DNA from: Eledone cirrhosa
Taxonomy: Eukaryota
Assembly (NCBI GenBank): GCA_964016885.1
Contig: OZ024746.1
Coordinates: forward strand, 79,608,001-79,672,000
DNA: 64,000 nucleotides
Direction of reading: 5' to 3'
This document shows, in pieces, positions 42,216 through 58,421 of the stretch. The notes under the pieces are model-generated. The model searched no databases and was not told the DNA's origin. It saw nothing but the letters and a program-made list of their open reading frames with translations. Both the position numbers and the translations under genes were made by a program. Position 1 is the stretch's first letter, and each line of letters starts with the position of its first letter.

Positions 42216-43340
42216 CGGAGGGCTAGTTAGTTGGTGGTGGAGGATGCTCGTTCGGACGTCAATTCTACAACTAAAGTTTATCCATCTTATATAGAGTTAG
42301 TGGGCAGATAGTTGTGGAAATTTTCACTTTTCGAGTAAATACTAAGTTTAACATTGAAAATCTGATGTAAGCATGTTGATCAGATCGATGGGGATACCAT
42401 TGTTGAGTTTTCAATTGTTTTGTGATAGTATAGTCAAAGAAACAGGAGGGAGAGAATTGACTAAGAATTTCACAATAAAAATTAGTTAGCTTGATGCAAC
42501 TGATGTAATTTACAGGCGTTAGTATCTCATATGAAGTCTTCTGGGTGTTTTAATAACCGGAACCCAGTCATATCATGAAAAGGAACGGGAAGAATAACAC
42601 ATCATGCCATGTAATTAAAGGATCAAGCTCACTATCTTATGGTTTTGGGTCCAATACTCTAACCATTAAAATCATGCACCTTCAGGATGTTCAGCTTGAA
42701 TATCTTTAAGTCGGGTTGTAGGTTTAATAAGCTAATATCTTTAGTGGACAACATCTAGAATTATAAGTATGGAAATGCCAGATGATCGACACTACTACAA
42801 CATAGAGATGCAATCAGCCATGACAAATTTATCATTTTGTGAGAATAATCATATCAATAATGCCATATATCTCCTGCAAAGAAGCTAGATGTTATCAAAT
42901 ATCATGCAAGCAGTATATGGCAACGATTTATAAGAAATTTTAATAAAAATGTGATCACAAAATCTGAAAGAAATTTAAAATAAAATACATATAATCAGAC
43001 ATATCAAATATGTTGGGATTGAGAACCCCCCAAGAAATAGACATTATAATAGGGACTTCTTATTATATCTAAAGTCGGATTAAAGAATAAACTTGAAAGA
43101 TTCCCATGGGACAGTATGCAATGTATTGAAATGTATTCTAGTGAGCACAGCTCATATGAAATACTTACTGGTGTAGCTATTATCGATTCAAGCACCGCCA
43201 ATGTAGTACTATTACTTAAATAATACAATTCTTAAGATTTGTTGTACAGCGAATTCCAATTTGGAATCAATGATAAGCAATTGATAAACAGTAAAAAAGA
43301 AAAAGAGAGTAAAAAGAACATGAAAAACAACGATAATATT

Positions 43341-43402
<62 letters not shown>

Positions 43403-43611
43403 CATGATGATGATGTTCTGAGAAAATTGAAAATAAAAAGAAACGATTGAAATTTAAAATCACTTTCGCCTCTATATAATTTCAACCTTTTTGCCCTTTA
43501 TCCATATCATTCGCAGTAAAACAACATGGACGCTTTTAACTTACTTTATAATAGATTAGCTTCAGAAATTGCTTTCTCATATCTCTGTTTCATAAGTTTC
43601 ACACTTCAGTA

Positions 43612-43708
<97 letters not shown>

Positions 43709-43823
43709 TCTAATTTTCTGAAAAGCCATTTTTCTATCTTCTCTCTCCCCAAACACACAGACAATCAATCTTTCGATCAATCTCTCTCTCGCCCCCCCCC
43801 CCCCCCCCCCCGTCTCTCTTTAC

Positions 43824-43862
<39 letters not shown>

Positions 43863-43890
43863 CTACATACATACACACATACACACAAAC

Positions 43891-43933
<43 letters not shown>

Positions 43934-44143
43934 CTTTAAGAATCCGAAATATATCCCGTTCGAAATCTCTAGAGTAACAATTAGAAATATATCGTACATT
44001 GTACAGAGAATTCTTAATATTCTGCCTTGCCTCCATTGCTTTATAGCATATTGGTTTACAATATCTTGCCTTATTTGACACTACCATGTTTGTTCCTTTC
44101 ATTTCGATTTCCTTTTCTCTTTTCTATCAAACTCTAACCCCGC

Positions 44144-44193
<50 letters not shown>

Positions 44194-44215
44194 TTCTCAA
44201 TACACACACACACTC

Positions 44216-44258
<43 letters not shown>

Positions 44259-44331
44259 ATATATATTATGGTCCACCTGGTTCCTTACTACACTGCCTTC
44301 GTTATATATATATATATATATACACCCCCCT

Positions 44332-44367
<36 letters not shown>

Positions 44368-44410
44368 CATATATATATAAACGTAATGAAGGAGTAATCA
44401 TTCGTCCTTA

Positions 44411-44451
<41 letters not shown>

Positions 44452-44772
44452 CATACATACATACATATCTGTGTGTATGTATGTATCATTCTTCTTTCCT
44501 TATTGATTACATTTTCCGACTCTATCGATTTAGCTCCCTTAACTGTCGCTCTCACTCTGTCCTCGATATTCCATCTTTTCTCAAAACATACTACTACACG
44601 TATTTTCTTTTAATACTTTTCATGAACACATGTATGCAGATTCGTACTTACACACAGTCAATGCTTCAAAAATATACATAAGCATCCACACTCCCACTCA
44701 CACATTTGTTTTATATATATATATATATTTGTGTACACATATATATGCATATAGATATATATATATATATAA

Positions 44773-44848
<76 letters not shown>

Positions 44849-44860
44849 ATTATATATGTA

Positions 44861-45148
44861 TCTAAAGTCTAAAGTCTGTCTGAAGCCAGAAGGGTCATTT
44901 GGCTGTTGCTTCTCCCGGTTTCATGGCATGAAGCGACTGAGAGTACAGGACTCGCCCACCCTGGAAAGGACGCCAGTCCATCGCAGCGTTAAACCCTCAG
45001 CTATTGCTGGTACTCATTTTCAGCTGAGTATACTGGAGCCACGTGAAATGAAATGTTTTGCTCAAGAACACAACACGCAAGCCAGGAATGGAACACACGA
45101 CATTATGATCGTAAGTCAAACACTCTTACCACCAGCCCAGGTGCCTCC
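44861..45148 (-). mobile_element. tRNA-derived SINE (family 2)
   Basis: Minus strand: GGCTGGTGGTAAG (A box), GTTCCATTCC (B box), TTGTGTTCTTGAGCAAAAC, GAAAATGAGTACCAG, GCGATGGACTGGCGTCC, and an ACTTTAG-repeat tail. Confidence 0.75.
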
Positions 45149-45206
45149 ACATATATATGTATATATATGTAGATATATATTATATATGTGTGTGTGCGTG
45201 TGTGTG

Positions 45207-45329
<123 letters not shown>

Positions 45330-45453
45330 GAATAAATACACCAGGATTTTTCATTCTGATGATTGAAAGCAAAATTTGTTTGCTTTTAAGAAACCACTGG
45401 TAAATGAAATAATTGCCTTATGTTGTTTATTACATAACTATATATATATATAT

Positions 45454-45514
<61 letters not shown>

Positions 45515-45759
45515 CTTTTGATCAATAAAATTTTATTATACATATTTCAGAGGTACAACAGTACGTCCTCATCAGTACAAGAGTACATCCTCATATATAT
45601 GCGAAATGTGTGACAGTTCATATAATGGGTACGATGTGGTTGATGAAAAGAAGTAAATTGAGTGAATTGTAAATGCATAAGTGATGGTTGCACACAACCA
45701 TCCAGCCTCACATAGCAGATACAATTTTAGTAACGGTAAAATATTGCAGAAAGAAGATA

Positions 45760-46780
45760 CACCTCCAGAAGCGAATGCTAACTTGGAAAGCAGGACATGC
45801 AATTCATGATGCAACCCAATCGCCATGGCCGAAAGTGGAGCTGTGGAGCCTTACTCACTTTAATGAAGAAAACGATCTCTCACGGGAAGCAGATGTGGCA
45901 GGTATGGTCAGAATCAAACGTAAAATTGTTGTTAGTTCTGCTAGAGCTTGTTCAGGACCCGTATTATGGTTCCGTGCGACTTCCTGGATGTTTGACGCTT
46001 GCTTTGCAAAATTTGCAGCACAAACTGATATCAGCTCGCATTTCAATCCAGCCAAATCCAATATGTTTATACAGTTAACAATGGATGAAAACGTTCCCTT
46101 TGGAAATGTCTGTTGAGCTTGTTGTTAAGCATGAAAAATCTTCGGATTCAACAATTTAACAAATCTGAACTTTCCCTTTGTTTTAAATCTTTGCTTAACA
46201 TCAGCAATAATAGCTCCACCCAAATTGTAGTTAAACAAAGTCTTTAAACAGCTTCTAGTTCTTGATATCAATTTCACTTCTCTAGTGGTTCAGCGACACC
46301 ATCCAGAAACAGACAGTAAGATTCCTTAAACTTGTTGTTCTTGATATCAACCAATTGTTTCTTAAATTGTTTAACCTCACGAACGCACCTCGAAATATCA
46401 AGCGAACTTTATTGAAGAATGGAAAAGAGAATTTCTAAGCAATTCAATCTGGTTTCAAAAACCACTAATAAAAATGTTAACTAAGAATTGTCTAGGATTG
46501 CAACGAATCCCCTTGCCTGAGTTAATTCAGAAGAATTCTAATCCTCTAGAGGTTCTAATATCGTTGAAAATAGCTCAGAAAACACAGTAATTGTGTCAGA
46601 CTAAAAAGATACTTGTCGAGATAAATAATTCCAACGTGTCTCAGGCAACTTTGGAAATCGCCTTCCAACAATTTCATCCAGTAGTACTTGCTATTCGAGC
46701 CGTCAGTTTTGAGAAAAAAGTTGAAATTCCTTTTAAAGTTACGAAGAAAATTCGACATCCACGAATACTTGAAACTGATT
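45760..46780 (-). pseudogene. Decayed hAT transposase (C-terminal part including the hAT dimerisation domain)
   Basis: RFPKLPETRWNYLSRQV near 46600-46660 and LTTILRLILTIPATSASRERSFSSLK at 45855-45940. Multiple stops and frameshifts. Confidence 0.8.
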
Positions 46781-46816
46781 GAGAGAGCTCCAAATTAAGT
46801 GACTACGCTTAACAAT

Positions 46817-46886
<70 letters not shown>

Positions 46887-47330
46887 CACCACCAGCAGTA
46901 GTAGCTGTTATTTTTTAGGTCGAATTCTCTGGACCTTGTTACTGACTACTGTATATTGTCGTACTTCTGGAGAAACGCTGCCGCCTTGTCATCGCCGCCA
47001 TGTTTGTATCCGTTCTTTTAGCCGTTGTTTCTCTGGTCTTTATAGCTGTCGCTGCTGGTGTTGTTGTTCATGAAGAAATGTAGTTGTTGTTGCTCTTGTT
47101 GTTGCTGTCTTTCTTGCGTTTGTTTCACTGCTGCTGTTACAGGTTTTACTGTTGTTACTGATGCTGTAGTTGAAGCTGCAGCTGGTGATGCTGCTGCTGG
47201 TATTGTTGTTGTTGCTGTTGCTGTTGTGGTATCTCTGGCTTTTGCTGTTCTTTACGTTGATGAATCATTGTCGTTGATGTTCGGGCTGGTATTATTGCAC
47301 TTCTTATTCTGTCTGTTGTCTTCGCCATGA

Positions 47331-47399
<69 letters not shown>

Positions 47400-47504
47400 C
47401 AGTAATAGTAGTAATAGTATTAGTAGTAGTAGTAGTCACATGGCGAAGACGAGACTACTACTACAACAACTACTACTACACCTACTACTACTACTACTAC
47501 TAAC

Positions 47505-47583
<79 letters not shown>

Positions 47584-47621
47584 ATAGTAGTAGTAGTAGT
47601 AGCAGCAGCAGCAGCAGTAGT

Positions 47622-47705
<84 letters not shown>

Positions 47706-48161
47706 TGTTGTTGTTGTAGTTGCTTCATTTTCTTCTCAGCTCCGAGAAAATGTCGGTTCAGTCATTTTATTCTACACGATTTCTAATTTGATAGCTGCCT
47801 GGGATCCATGATGGCGGAAATAGCGATAGTAATCTATCACTTCCTGTTGCTCTCCCACCAACACCACCTTCTTTCCTCTCGCTTATGTATATCACAGATG
47901 CTTAGAACTGTGGATAACACGAGCAGATATCTATCATAATGTATACACTCTCTGCTTGATGATAGCTTCTGTTTAATGTAACCATATTGATTGGTGCTTT
48001 TATGAGAATCAACCGCCGCTAACCTGAGTACTTTACAAGACGTAGCAGGTATATTTTCTATTGAACAGTAAAACTATCGTTAATATATATATATGTGTGT
48101 ATGTGTATATATATATGTGTGTGTGTATGTGTATATATATATATGTATATATGTATGTATA

Positions 48162-48198
<37 letters not shown>

Positions 48199-48263
48199 GT
48201 ATGTCTATATATAGGTATGTATATATATATTCATATATGTACATATATACATATATATATATA

Positions 48264-48337
<74 letters not shown>

Positions 48338-48370
48338 CGTATACATATAGATAAAGATATATACATACAT

Positions 48371-48421
<51 letters not shown>

Positions 48422-48517
48422 TATATATATATAAATATATATATTTATATATATGAATATATGTAAATATATATATATGTGTATATATTTATATATACAT
48501 ACATAGATATACATATA

Positions 48518-48694
<177 letters not shown>

Positions 48695-48818
48695 GCATAT
48701 ACGTGTATCTATGTTTGCGGAATGATGTAAGTCTGTATACTAGAGAGACATTATGAGTGTGTTTTTCTATGCATATACAAGTTCGTGAATGTCTGCAATA
48801 TATCTATCTATCTATCTA

Positions 48819-48880
<62 letters not shown>

Positions 48881-48998
48881 TGTATATAAGAAACCACACA
48901 AATAGATACGCACACAAGCAGGCACACACACACACACATACATACATACACACACACGTACATACACAAACACACAAACACACATACACGGACACACG

Positions 48999-49054
<56 letters not shown>

Positions 49055-49327
49055 TATTTATGTATTTGAGTTGATGGATTAATGTAGACATCAGTACACT
49101 TAACAGCCATGGCATATATATTCTCTGTGGTAAACATGTCACTCTATGGTTGGGTGGGGTATACGCAGTCAGTTTCAAACCTATATTTGCATACGCACAC
49201 TCGTATATTTACAAATATATTTACATACATATATATATATATACACGCACTTACATATAGGTATAGATACAAACATATACATACACTTACATATGGATAT
49301 AGATATATACATATACATACATACAAA

Positions 49328-49383
<56 letters not shown>

Positions 49384-49485
49384 TATGTGTGTATATATAT
49401 ATGTGTGTGTGTATATATATATATGTTTACATAGATAGATAGAGAGAGAAATATATATGTATACATATGGGTGTGTGTGTATATC

Positions 49486-49564
<79 letters not shown>

Positions 49565-49570
49565 TTATAT

Positions 49571-49608
<38 letters not shown>

Positions 49609-49679
49609 TTGCATAAAGAGAGAGAGAGCGAGAGAGAAATATATATAAATTGTATACATATGTATGTGTGTATATCTGC

Positions 49680-49827
<148 letters not shown>

Positions 49828-50177
49828 ATGTGCATGTATGTGTATGTATGTATGTATATATATTGTACATGTGTTTGTGTATGAGAGATAGAGCGCGCCC
49901 TTTATTTCCGTACATGTTCAAAGATAAAAGCTGTGAAAAGTTTGTGTAATTTAGTGCCTTTCCGTAATCATATGTTAACTAAAACATCAGACTCTTGCCT
50001 ACAGCAACATTATTAATGCATATATATACATATACATACATATATATACATATATATATATATATACAGTACATATATATATGTGTGTATACATATATAT
50101 ATATGTATATATATATGTGTATACATATATATATGTATATATGTATATATATATGTGTGTGTATGTATATGTATATG

Positions 50178-50214
<37 letters not shown>

Positions 50215-50336
50215 ACTTTGATATACACATAGAAGACATCTGAAATAATGCATATATTGGAGCATTAACACCTAAAGACTTAAATGTAAATATCTAGCTA
50301 CATGTGCGTATAAGTATATATATATATATATATAGC

Positions 50337-50392
<56 letters not shown>

Positions 50393-50409
50393 TGTGTGTG
50401 TGTGTGTGT

Positions 50410-50479
<70 letters not shown>

Positions 50480-50589
50480 CTGTGTGCATGTGTCTGTGTG
50501 TCTGTATGAGTATGTGTTGTGTTGACTTCCATGCAATTTTCTCTAAAACGTTAGCATATATATCTGTGCCCAATATACAAATATGTGCT

Positions 50590-51088
50590 TGTGTTTCTGT
50601 GTGTATATGTGTGTTTCTGTGTGTATATTTGTGTTTCTGTGTGTATATTTGTGTTTCTGTGTGTATATGTGTGTTTCTGTGTGTATATGTGTGTTTCTGT
50701 GTGTGTATATCAGTGTTTCTGTGTGTGTATATTAGTGTTTCTGTGTGTCTATATTAGTGTTTCTGTGTGTATATTTGTGTTTCTGTGTGTGTATATTAGT
50801 GTTTCTGTGTGTATATTTGTGTTTCTGTGTATATATTAGTGTTTCTGTGTGTATATTTGTGGTTCTGTGTGTATATTTGTGTTTCTGTGTGTGTATATTA
50901 GTGTTTCTGTGTGTATATTAGTGTTTCTGTGTGTATATGTGTGTTTCTGTGTGTATATGTGTTTTTCTGTGTGTATATTTGTGTTTCTGTGTGTGTATAT
51001 TTGTGTTTCTGTGTGTATATGTGTTTTTCTGTGTGTATATTTGTGTTTCTGTGTGTGTATATTAGTGTTTCTGTGTGTGTATATTAGT
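50590..51088. repeat. 20-22-bp GT-derived minisatellite
   Basis: GTGTTTCTGTGTGTATAT(TT/GT/TA) repeated about 24 times. Confidence 0.9.
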
Positions 51089-51723
51089 GGGTAAGTATGT
51101 GGTTTTGTGTGTATGGTGTAGTCGCTATTAACCAAAACACTATCATCCATATATATGAACACATTTTTTATATATGTGTGTATGTGTGTGTCCATGCGAA
51201 TGTGTGTATGTATGTGTATGTGTGAGTGTGTGTTTCGTATGCAAATGTCTATAAAGTATGCGTGTGTGTGTGTGTGTATATATATATAGAGAGAGAGAGA
51301 GAGAGTGTGTGTGTTTGTGAGAGAGAGAGAGAGAGAGAGAGAGAGTGTGTGTGTGTGAGTGTGTGTTTCGTATGCAAATGTCTATAAAGTATGTGTGTGT
51401 GTGTGTGTATGTATATATATATAGAGAGAGAGTGTGTGTTTGTGAGAGAGAGAGAGAGTGTGTGTGTGTGTGTGTGTTTCGTAGGCAATTGCATATATAA
51501 ATATATGTGTGTGTGTGTATGTATATGTGTGTGTGTGTTTGTGTGTGTATGTGTGTGCTTTGTGTGTGTATATGTGTGTGTGTGAGTGAGAGAGAGAGTG
51601 TGTGTGTTTCGTATGGAAATATATATATAAATATATATGTGTGTGTGTCTTTGTGCATGTGTGTGTGTGTGTGAATGTGTGTTTCGTATGCAAATCTATA
51701 TAAATATATGTGTGTGTGTGTTT

Positions 51724-51763
<40 letters not shown>

Positions 51764-51948
51764 TTGAAATTTTATATTTCAATGAAGCTTTTATGTACAT
51801 GTAGTTTTTATGTACACATATAGGCATGTATGTAGAAATATGCGTATATACATATATGTGTTTATGGCTATATGTAAGAAATTATATATGTATTTATGTC
51901 TTTCTCTCATCCGCTCCCTCTCCCTCACTCTCACTCTCTCTCTCTCTC

Positions 51949-51992
<44 letters not shown>

Positions 51993-52331
51993 CTTATATA
52001 TATATTTATATATATATATATATATAAAATCTCATACTAATGCACATATTCCGTAATTGTATCTATATATATGTGTGTGAGAATGTATACATATGTGTGC
52101 GTTTGCATTTGAGTAGATGTGCGTATGCGCTCATATGTATGAGTGTGTGTGTATGTATGTATATATGTGCATATAAGCTCGTGTGTGTGGATAGTGTTTA
52201 TATGTCCTTAATAGTTTTACTCTTGTATATCCAGATATATATCAGTGAGGTGTGAGAGATAGGGTGTTTTAAATACCTTCAGCTTGTATGAAATGCCTTT
52301 TACATATACACATACATATACACATAGAAAT

Positions 52332-52378
<47 letters not shown>

Positions 52379-52456
52379 TACATACATATATATATATATA
52401 TATATACACACATACATATATATATATATACACATAGACACACATATATGTGTGTG

Positions 52457-52500
<44 letters not shown>

Positions 52501-53250
52501 GTATATATATATATATATATACATTATATATATATATAAACATTATATATATATACATAGGTATATATATATTCACATATTCATATATTCCTGCTGGTTG
52601 TTTCGTTAACTGCATTAAGCAAGTCAGTTGATATAGCTTTCGTATCAGCTGGAAATCTTTGGTAATTGAATTACTGCAATCCCTTTACGATGCGTAGGCC
52701 ACATTCAGACATTGTATAATGGATTTAATTCTCTTATCCTCATCACAAATAGTTATCCAATTTCTATCTTTACAGCTTCAATCTATACAGCAGCACAAAA
52801 TGTAGATATACAAAACGCACTCATCTACGCACGTTGAATGCTAGACACATATTTCTTTCGTATATCGGTTTATGATTAAATGTAATCGTGTATCTTTGTG
52901 ACTTTTACTTTCTTTTTTCATTGCCTTTTCTTCTTACATGGTACTATTACATCTACATTTATCTTTAGATGCACAATTGTGCGGAAGTTTGAAATATGAA
53001 TAGCTAAACTAAAATACACACAGACGTTCACGTACATTCCAATATAGCTAGATGGGTGTTTACATATATACATTTATACATGCAGATATACATTCATGCA
53101 CACATGTAACTATATACTTATATACACTCATACATACATACATACATATATGCATACATACATACATACAATACAATACAATACAATACATTACATTGCA
53201 TATAAAATAATGATTATGTTTGTTAACTATCACAAGTAATATATATATAT

Positions 53251-53301
<51 letters not shown>

Positions 53302-53941
53302 ATGTGTGTATGTGTATAATGATAATAGTAATAAACGAAAGATATGTACTTTATATCATCGATATATATATATATGTATATATATATATGTATATATGTA
53401 TATATATATATATATATATACATATGTATGTGACTGTGTTTTAAAACTTCAAATAATACCAAACTGAATTAATCAAATACGCGTGAATATTATCAACTTA
53501 AAGAATATCTTTTCATGTGTCGTCAGAGTATCCTTTTGATGTGTCGTCTGCCATTTTACAATAGTTATATTTATCATGGAACCCCGTTGTTATCTGTAAT
53601 ACCCAGGTGAAATATTTAGACTGAATTGAAAACCTATAGTAAAACCTTCTGTAAGGAAAATGATTTTATCACACTTAAAATTGACAGAGATATGTAAATG
53701 TTTCTTTGTAAAAATACCAACCACCATTCTGCTTTTCAACCATTGATGGTGCCAATGTTTTTACTTTTTCAATTTTTTAATTTGATTTGAATTGAAGTTT
53801 TTTATTTATTTTTTTTTTTTTTCTTATCGCAAGATATATATTTTGTGCACAAATTGATTTCCAGAGGAATAATAATAACGAATGAAACTGAGTTTTCTTT
53901 TTTTTAAAATATTTATGAAGTAATATGTATCATTTGCAAAT

Positions 53942-54044
53942 AATTGTTTCTACTTTTGGCACAAGGCCAGCAATTATTCCAGTGTATTACTGGTACTTTA
54001 TTTTATCGACCCCTTAAGGATGAAAGGCAAAGTTAACCTCTAGC

Positions 54045-54077
<33 letters not shown>

Positions 54078-54292
54078 AATAATAATAATAACAATAATAA
54101 TAATAATAATAATTGTTTCTACTTTAGGCACAAGACCAGCAATTTAACCAGTACATTACTGGTTCTTTACTTTATCGACCCCGTAAGGATGAAAGGCAAA
54201 GTTAACCTCGGCGGGATTTGAACTCAGACTGTAAAGGGACGTAACTATGCTAGAAAGCATGTCGTCCGACTCTCTACCGATACTGCCAATTC
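53942..54292 (-). mobile_element. Two SINE family 1 copies (truncated and full) separated by (AAC)n(AAT)n
   Basis: 53942-54040 and 54111-54292 match the consensus. Confidence 0.9.
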
Positions 54293-54299
54293 CCCACCC

Positions 54300-54331
<32 letters not shown>

Positions 54332-54354
54332 TAATAATAATAAAAATTAGAATA

Positions 54355-54495
54355 AACGCTTCAAAAGGCATGCTTGCTGGGAACAGCAAGAACCCTCCGA
54401 TACGTCCTGAATATCTGAGGCTGCAGGTAGTGGCTTGATATTCATTTCAACAAACTTTCCAGTTAACTAACATCAATGACTGAGACTCAAAGAAC
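54355..54495 (+). mobile_element. R4/Dong-like family B extreme 3' end (~140 bp) in (AAT)n
   Basis: LQKACLLGTARTLRYVLNI* plus a 3' UTR matching 13933-14010. Confidence 0.9.
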
Positions 54496-54534
54496 AATAA
54501 TAATATATTATTATTACTACAATGATTGGGGAGT

Positions 54535-55010
54535 GGCAGTATCGGTAGACCGTCAGACACCATGCTTTTCAGCGTAGAGTTAGGGCCCTTTACATTCTGA
54601 GTTCAAATCCCACCGAGGTTAGCTTTGCCTTTCATCCTTACGGGGTCGATAAAATAAAGTACCAGTAATGTACTGCGGTAATCGCTGGCCTTGTGCCAAA
54701 AGTAGAAGCAATTATTACAATGATTTGTTTATTAGCCGCAAGGGCTCGTCTATAAACGGAGGGGGAGATAGAGTGGAAAGGTGAGAGAAGGATTGAGAAA
54801 GAAATTCAAAAGAAGAAACGGCATAGATTGGCAGAATCGGTAGAGGGTCGGACGCCATGATTTCCAGCATAGTTACCTCCCTTTATGGTCTGAGTTCAAA
54901 TCCCGCCGAGGTTAACTTTGCCTTTCATTCTTACGGGGGCGATAAAATAAAGTACCAGGATAATGCACTGGGATAATTGCTGGCCTTGTGCCAAAAGTAG
55001 AAACAATTAT
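54535..55010 (+). mobile_element. Two SINE family 1 copies (54535-54716 and 54825-55010)
   Basis: Consensus matches. Confidence 0.9.
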
Positions 55011-55579
55011 TTATTGACTAGTTCTCAATTTATCGATCTCAAACGATGAACGGCACTCTTGGGCTCAGCTGAATTGGAACTAAGAGCGCAGATGGCTGAA
55101 TCGTATGCTGCTAAGCAATCCATCCGACGTTCTAATGACTCCACTAATTTGATCCCTATAATACAGTATATAAATAAGGACAAGCTCCCAGCACTTGAGT
55201 AGAAATACGTTACCAAACTAACAACAGAGCACCTCACTATTCAAACCACTTTCGGCTCTAATTATCTTCTACAAACTGAGTCATGGAAGCAGCCCGTGAA
55301 CACCTTCGGCTTTAGCCGGCCCTTGAATGGATCCATATCTTGATCTGAGGATAATCCATTCAATCATCTCGAGGTGACTAGTATCCATCCTCAGTCACCT
55401 CCACAATCATCGCAGTATTTGTTTGGTTTCCTTTTAAGCTAAACATCAAATCAAGAAGACTAGGGTTATCTTTGTACAACTGAAAAAGTAAGACGGTGAT
55501 AATAGAAAATCAACTTAGAGAAGACATATATACATATACATATATATACACACAGACACACATACATACTCATACACAT

Positions 55580-55675
<96 letters not shown>

Positions 55676-56727
55676 TGAGAAAGAGGGAGTGAGATAAGGA
55701 TAGAGAGATATAGAATCTTGGCAACAACGACAAAAAAAATAGAGATTACATGAAGAACAAGCTACAGAAATATGGTGTATAACAAAGTATGAGATGTAAA
55801 GAAGAAATAAGAAGCACTGTATTATACGATACACGAACAAAAGCACGGCAGGATAAAATATAAATAAATAGTAATCAGATAGTAGTTATCTGACGTGGAT
55901 AAATAACACACGACTAATGATCTGAGTACTGATAAGCTAAGATATTCTCTTTCACCTGATTGTTTAACTAACTGTTTACATCCACCTAACCATGTCAGGT
56001 AGCTATATTTGATGTTTTATCTCTGTCTCGGGCACTGTATAATGGGAAAGGTTAAGGTAGAGAAGGGTAAATTCTGCCCTCTAGTAAATTCACTGAAAGA
56101 TAAGTGGAAGTACGAGTATAGCCTGAATGAAAGGGTCTTCTGTCAACATGTGGCTGCAGGCCGGAGAACACCAGCTATGCTATTAGAAGACACATGGTAA
56201 CCAGGATATCGGTATGATTCCTTATTTGTTCCATGAGGGTCTTTCTCGATTGAATGTAATTATCACGAGTGAGTGTATTTCTAATGAAATACACTCTGTT
56301 TTAATTAATTTATGAAGAAATTTGGGAGATTTAATAAAATCCTTAATTATTTCATTACCTAACATATGGTTCTTATATAAAATTATGCTGGGATATTTTT
56401 ATTTCAATAAGAACTCTTTTAAAAGAGGTTTTATTTCATAACACCTGATCCAGTTTTCACTAGATTGGTATCAAAAGGGTTAACAGGGAAGGTGAATATA
56501 GAGATATTCTGCCCTGTTGTACATTTGCTGAAAGTTTGATGAGGGTGGTGTGTATGGCTCGAATGAATGAGCCTACTGTAACGCCAGCTAGACGAGGACA
56601 TTTGCCCTTGGGATCAGGGTAATCTTGTATCTGTGACATTTGAAACTACTTGATTGTTTCTAAATAACCCTTCCTCGATAAGGGCGTATCATTTTATTCT
56701 TCTTTGTAATCCTCTTCCTTTTCATGC

Positions 56728-56842
<115 letters not shown>

Positions 56843-56967
56843 ATATAATACATACATACATTTTGTTTGCTTTTCCATGAGCTTCGTTTCTACCCTATCC
56901 AGCCTCTAATGATTTTATAATTTGTGCTTGTAATCTTCCAGATATTTCACCCTTGTGGCAAATAAAA

Positions 56968-57011
<44 letters not shown>

Positions 57012-57069
57012 TTACTGCTGTTACTACTACTACTGTTGCTACTACTGGTGCTGCTGCTGCTACTACTAC

Positions 57070-57104
<35 letters not shown>

Positions 57105-57205
57105 TTATTATTGAATGTGTGATTGACCAAGCCAGATAGGCCGAACAAAGAATTACGAATATTTGAAAAATGCATTTATTTGGTTACTGGAGAAGTGAGT
57201 TTGAA

Positions 57206-57343
<138 letters not shown>

Positions 57344-58134
57344 TGTAGGTGTGTGTAAGTGTAGGTGTATGTGTGGGTGCATTTGTGGGTGTGCGTGAGT
57401 GTGTGTGCTGTGTGTTTGTATATGTGCGTAAATGTGTGCGTAAGTATGTGTCCGTATGTGTTGATCTGTGGAATAACGTTACTCAACTGCTTCAGTTCGA
57501 TTCCCAGGCCTGCAGAGGGATGGGCTCCAGTTTTAGATTCATTCGGGAGTTGATGTCACAAGCTAAAGTAAAGCGCACTTGTCTTGTTACTCTTTTACCT
57601 GTTTCAGCCATCCGGCTGAGGCCATGCTGGGGCACCGCCCTGTTCTTTACTAATTCGTAAAATCTTTCCTAATTTTGTAAGTGCATCTCACCTGAGAAAG
57701 TAGCTTCATTGTATGGAGTGTTTGATGTAACGCGTGTCGCTGGAGGTTTTCTGTGGCAATGCTTTCGCAATATTATTGGCATGCCACAGCTGAGATATAC
57801 TACCTAGACAGAGATGTAATATCTGTTCTCCCTTCACATTCCCTTTATTTAATATAATATAATATAATTGAAACAAAATTTAAGATTTTAGTACTTGAGA
57901 TGAAAAACCACTATATTTAGATTTCGTGCAAATATTGAACTGAACAACATCAATACAAAAATATTCCTCTCAGAATTTTGTAAGTGTTGTTTTGATTTCT
58001 ATAAATCTTTCAGTTATTGTGTGAAGGCACGTGCTTTTGTGGTTAAGGGTCTGCGGCACACGATTGTAAGGTCGGATGTTCGAAAAAGGAACACTAGTTA
58101 CCGAAACTAACGAAGGTCCAGTATTAATTGTTAT

Positions 58135-58350
58135 AGGCGGTAGATTGGCAGTATCGGAGGAGCATCGGACAACATGCTTTATGGCATGGGGTTGCTCCCC
58201 TTTTACGATTTGAGTTCTAATCCTGCCCAGGTTATCTTTGCCTTTCATCCTTATAGGTTCGATAAAATAAAGTACCAGTAATGCACTGGGGTCGATTTAA
58301 TCAACTTTCCCTTCCCCAAAATGGTTGGCCTTGTGCCTAAAACAGAAGCT
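58135..58350 (+). mobile_element. Diverged SINE family 1 relative
   Basis: ATTGGCAGTATCGG head, central domain and GGCCTTGTGCCTAAAA tail. Confidence 0.8.
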
Positions 58351-58421
58351 AATATTGATTGTTATAGTATTTTTTAAATTATATTTCTTAAAGTACTCGC
58401 AGCAATTACATTCTTAGATTC

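Noticed and set aside
47000-47083. GCCGCCATG followed by a 27-aa signal-peptide-like ORF (MFVSVLLAVVSLVFIAVAAG...)
   Set aside because: It lies in decayed GTT/GCT repeats that naturally encode V/A/L, stops quickly, and has no clear splice donor.
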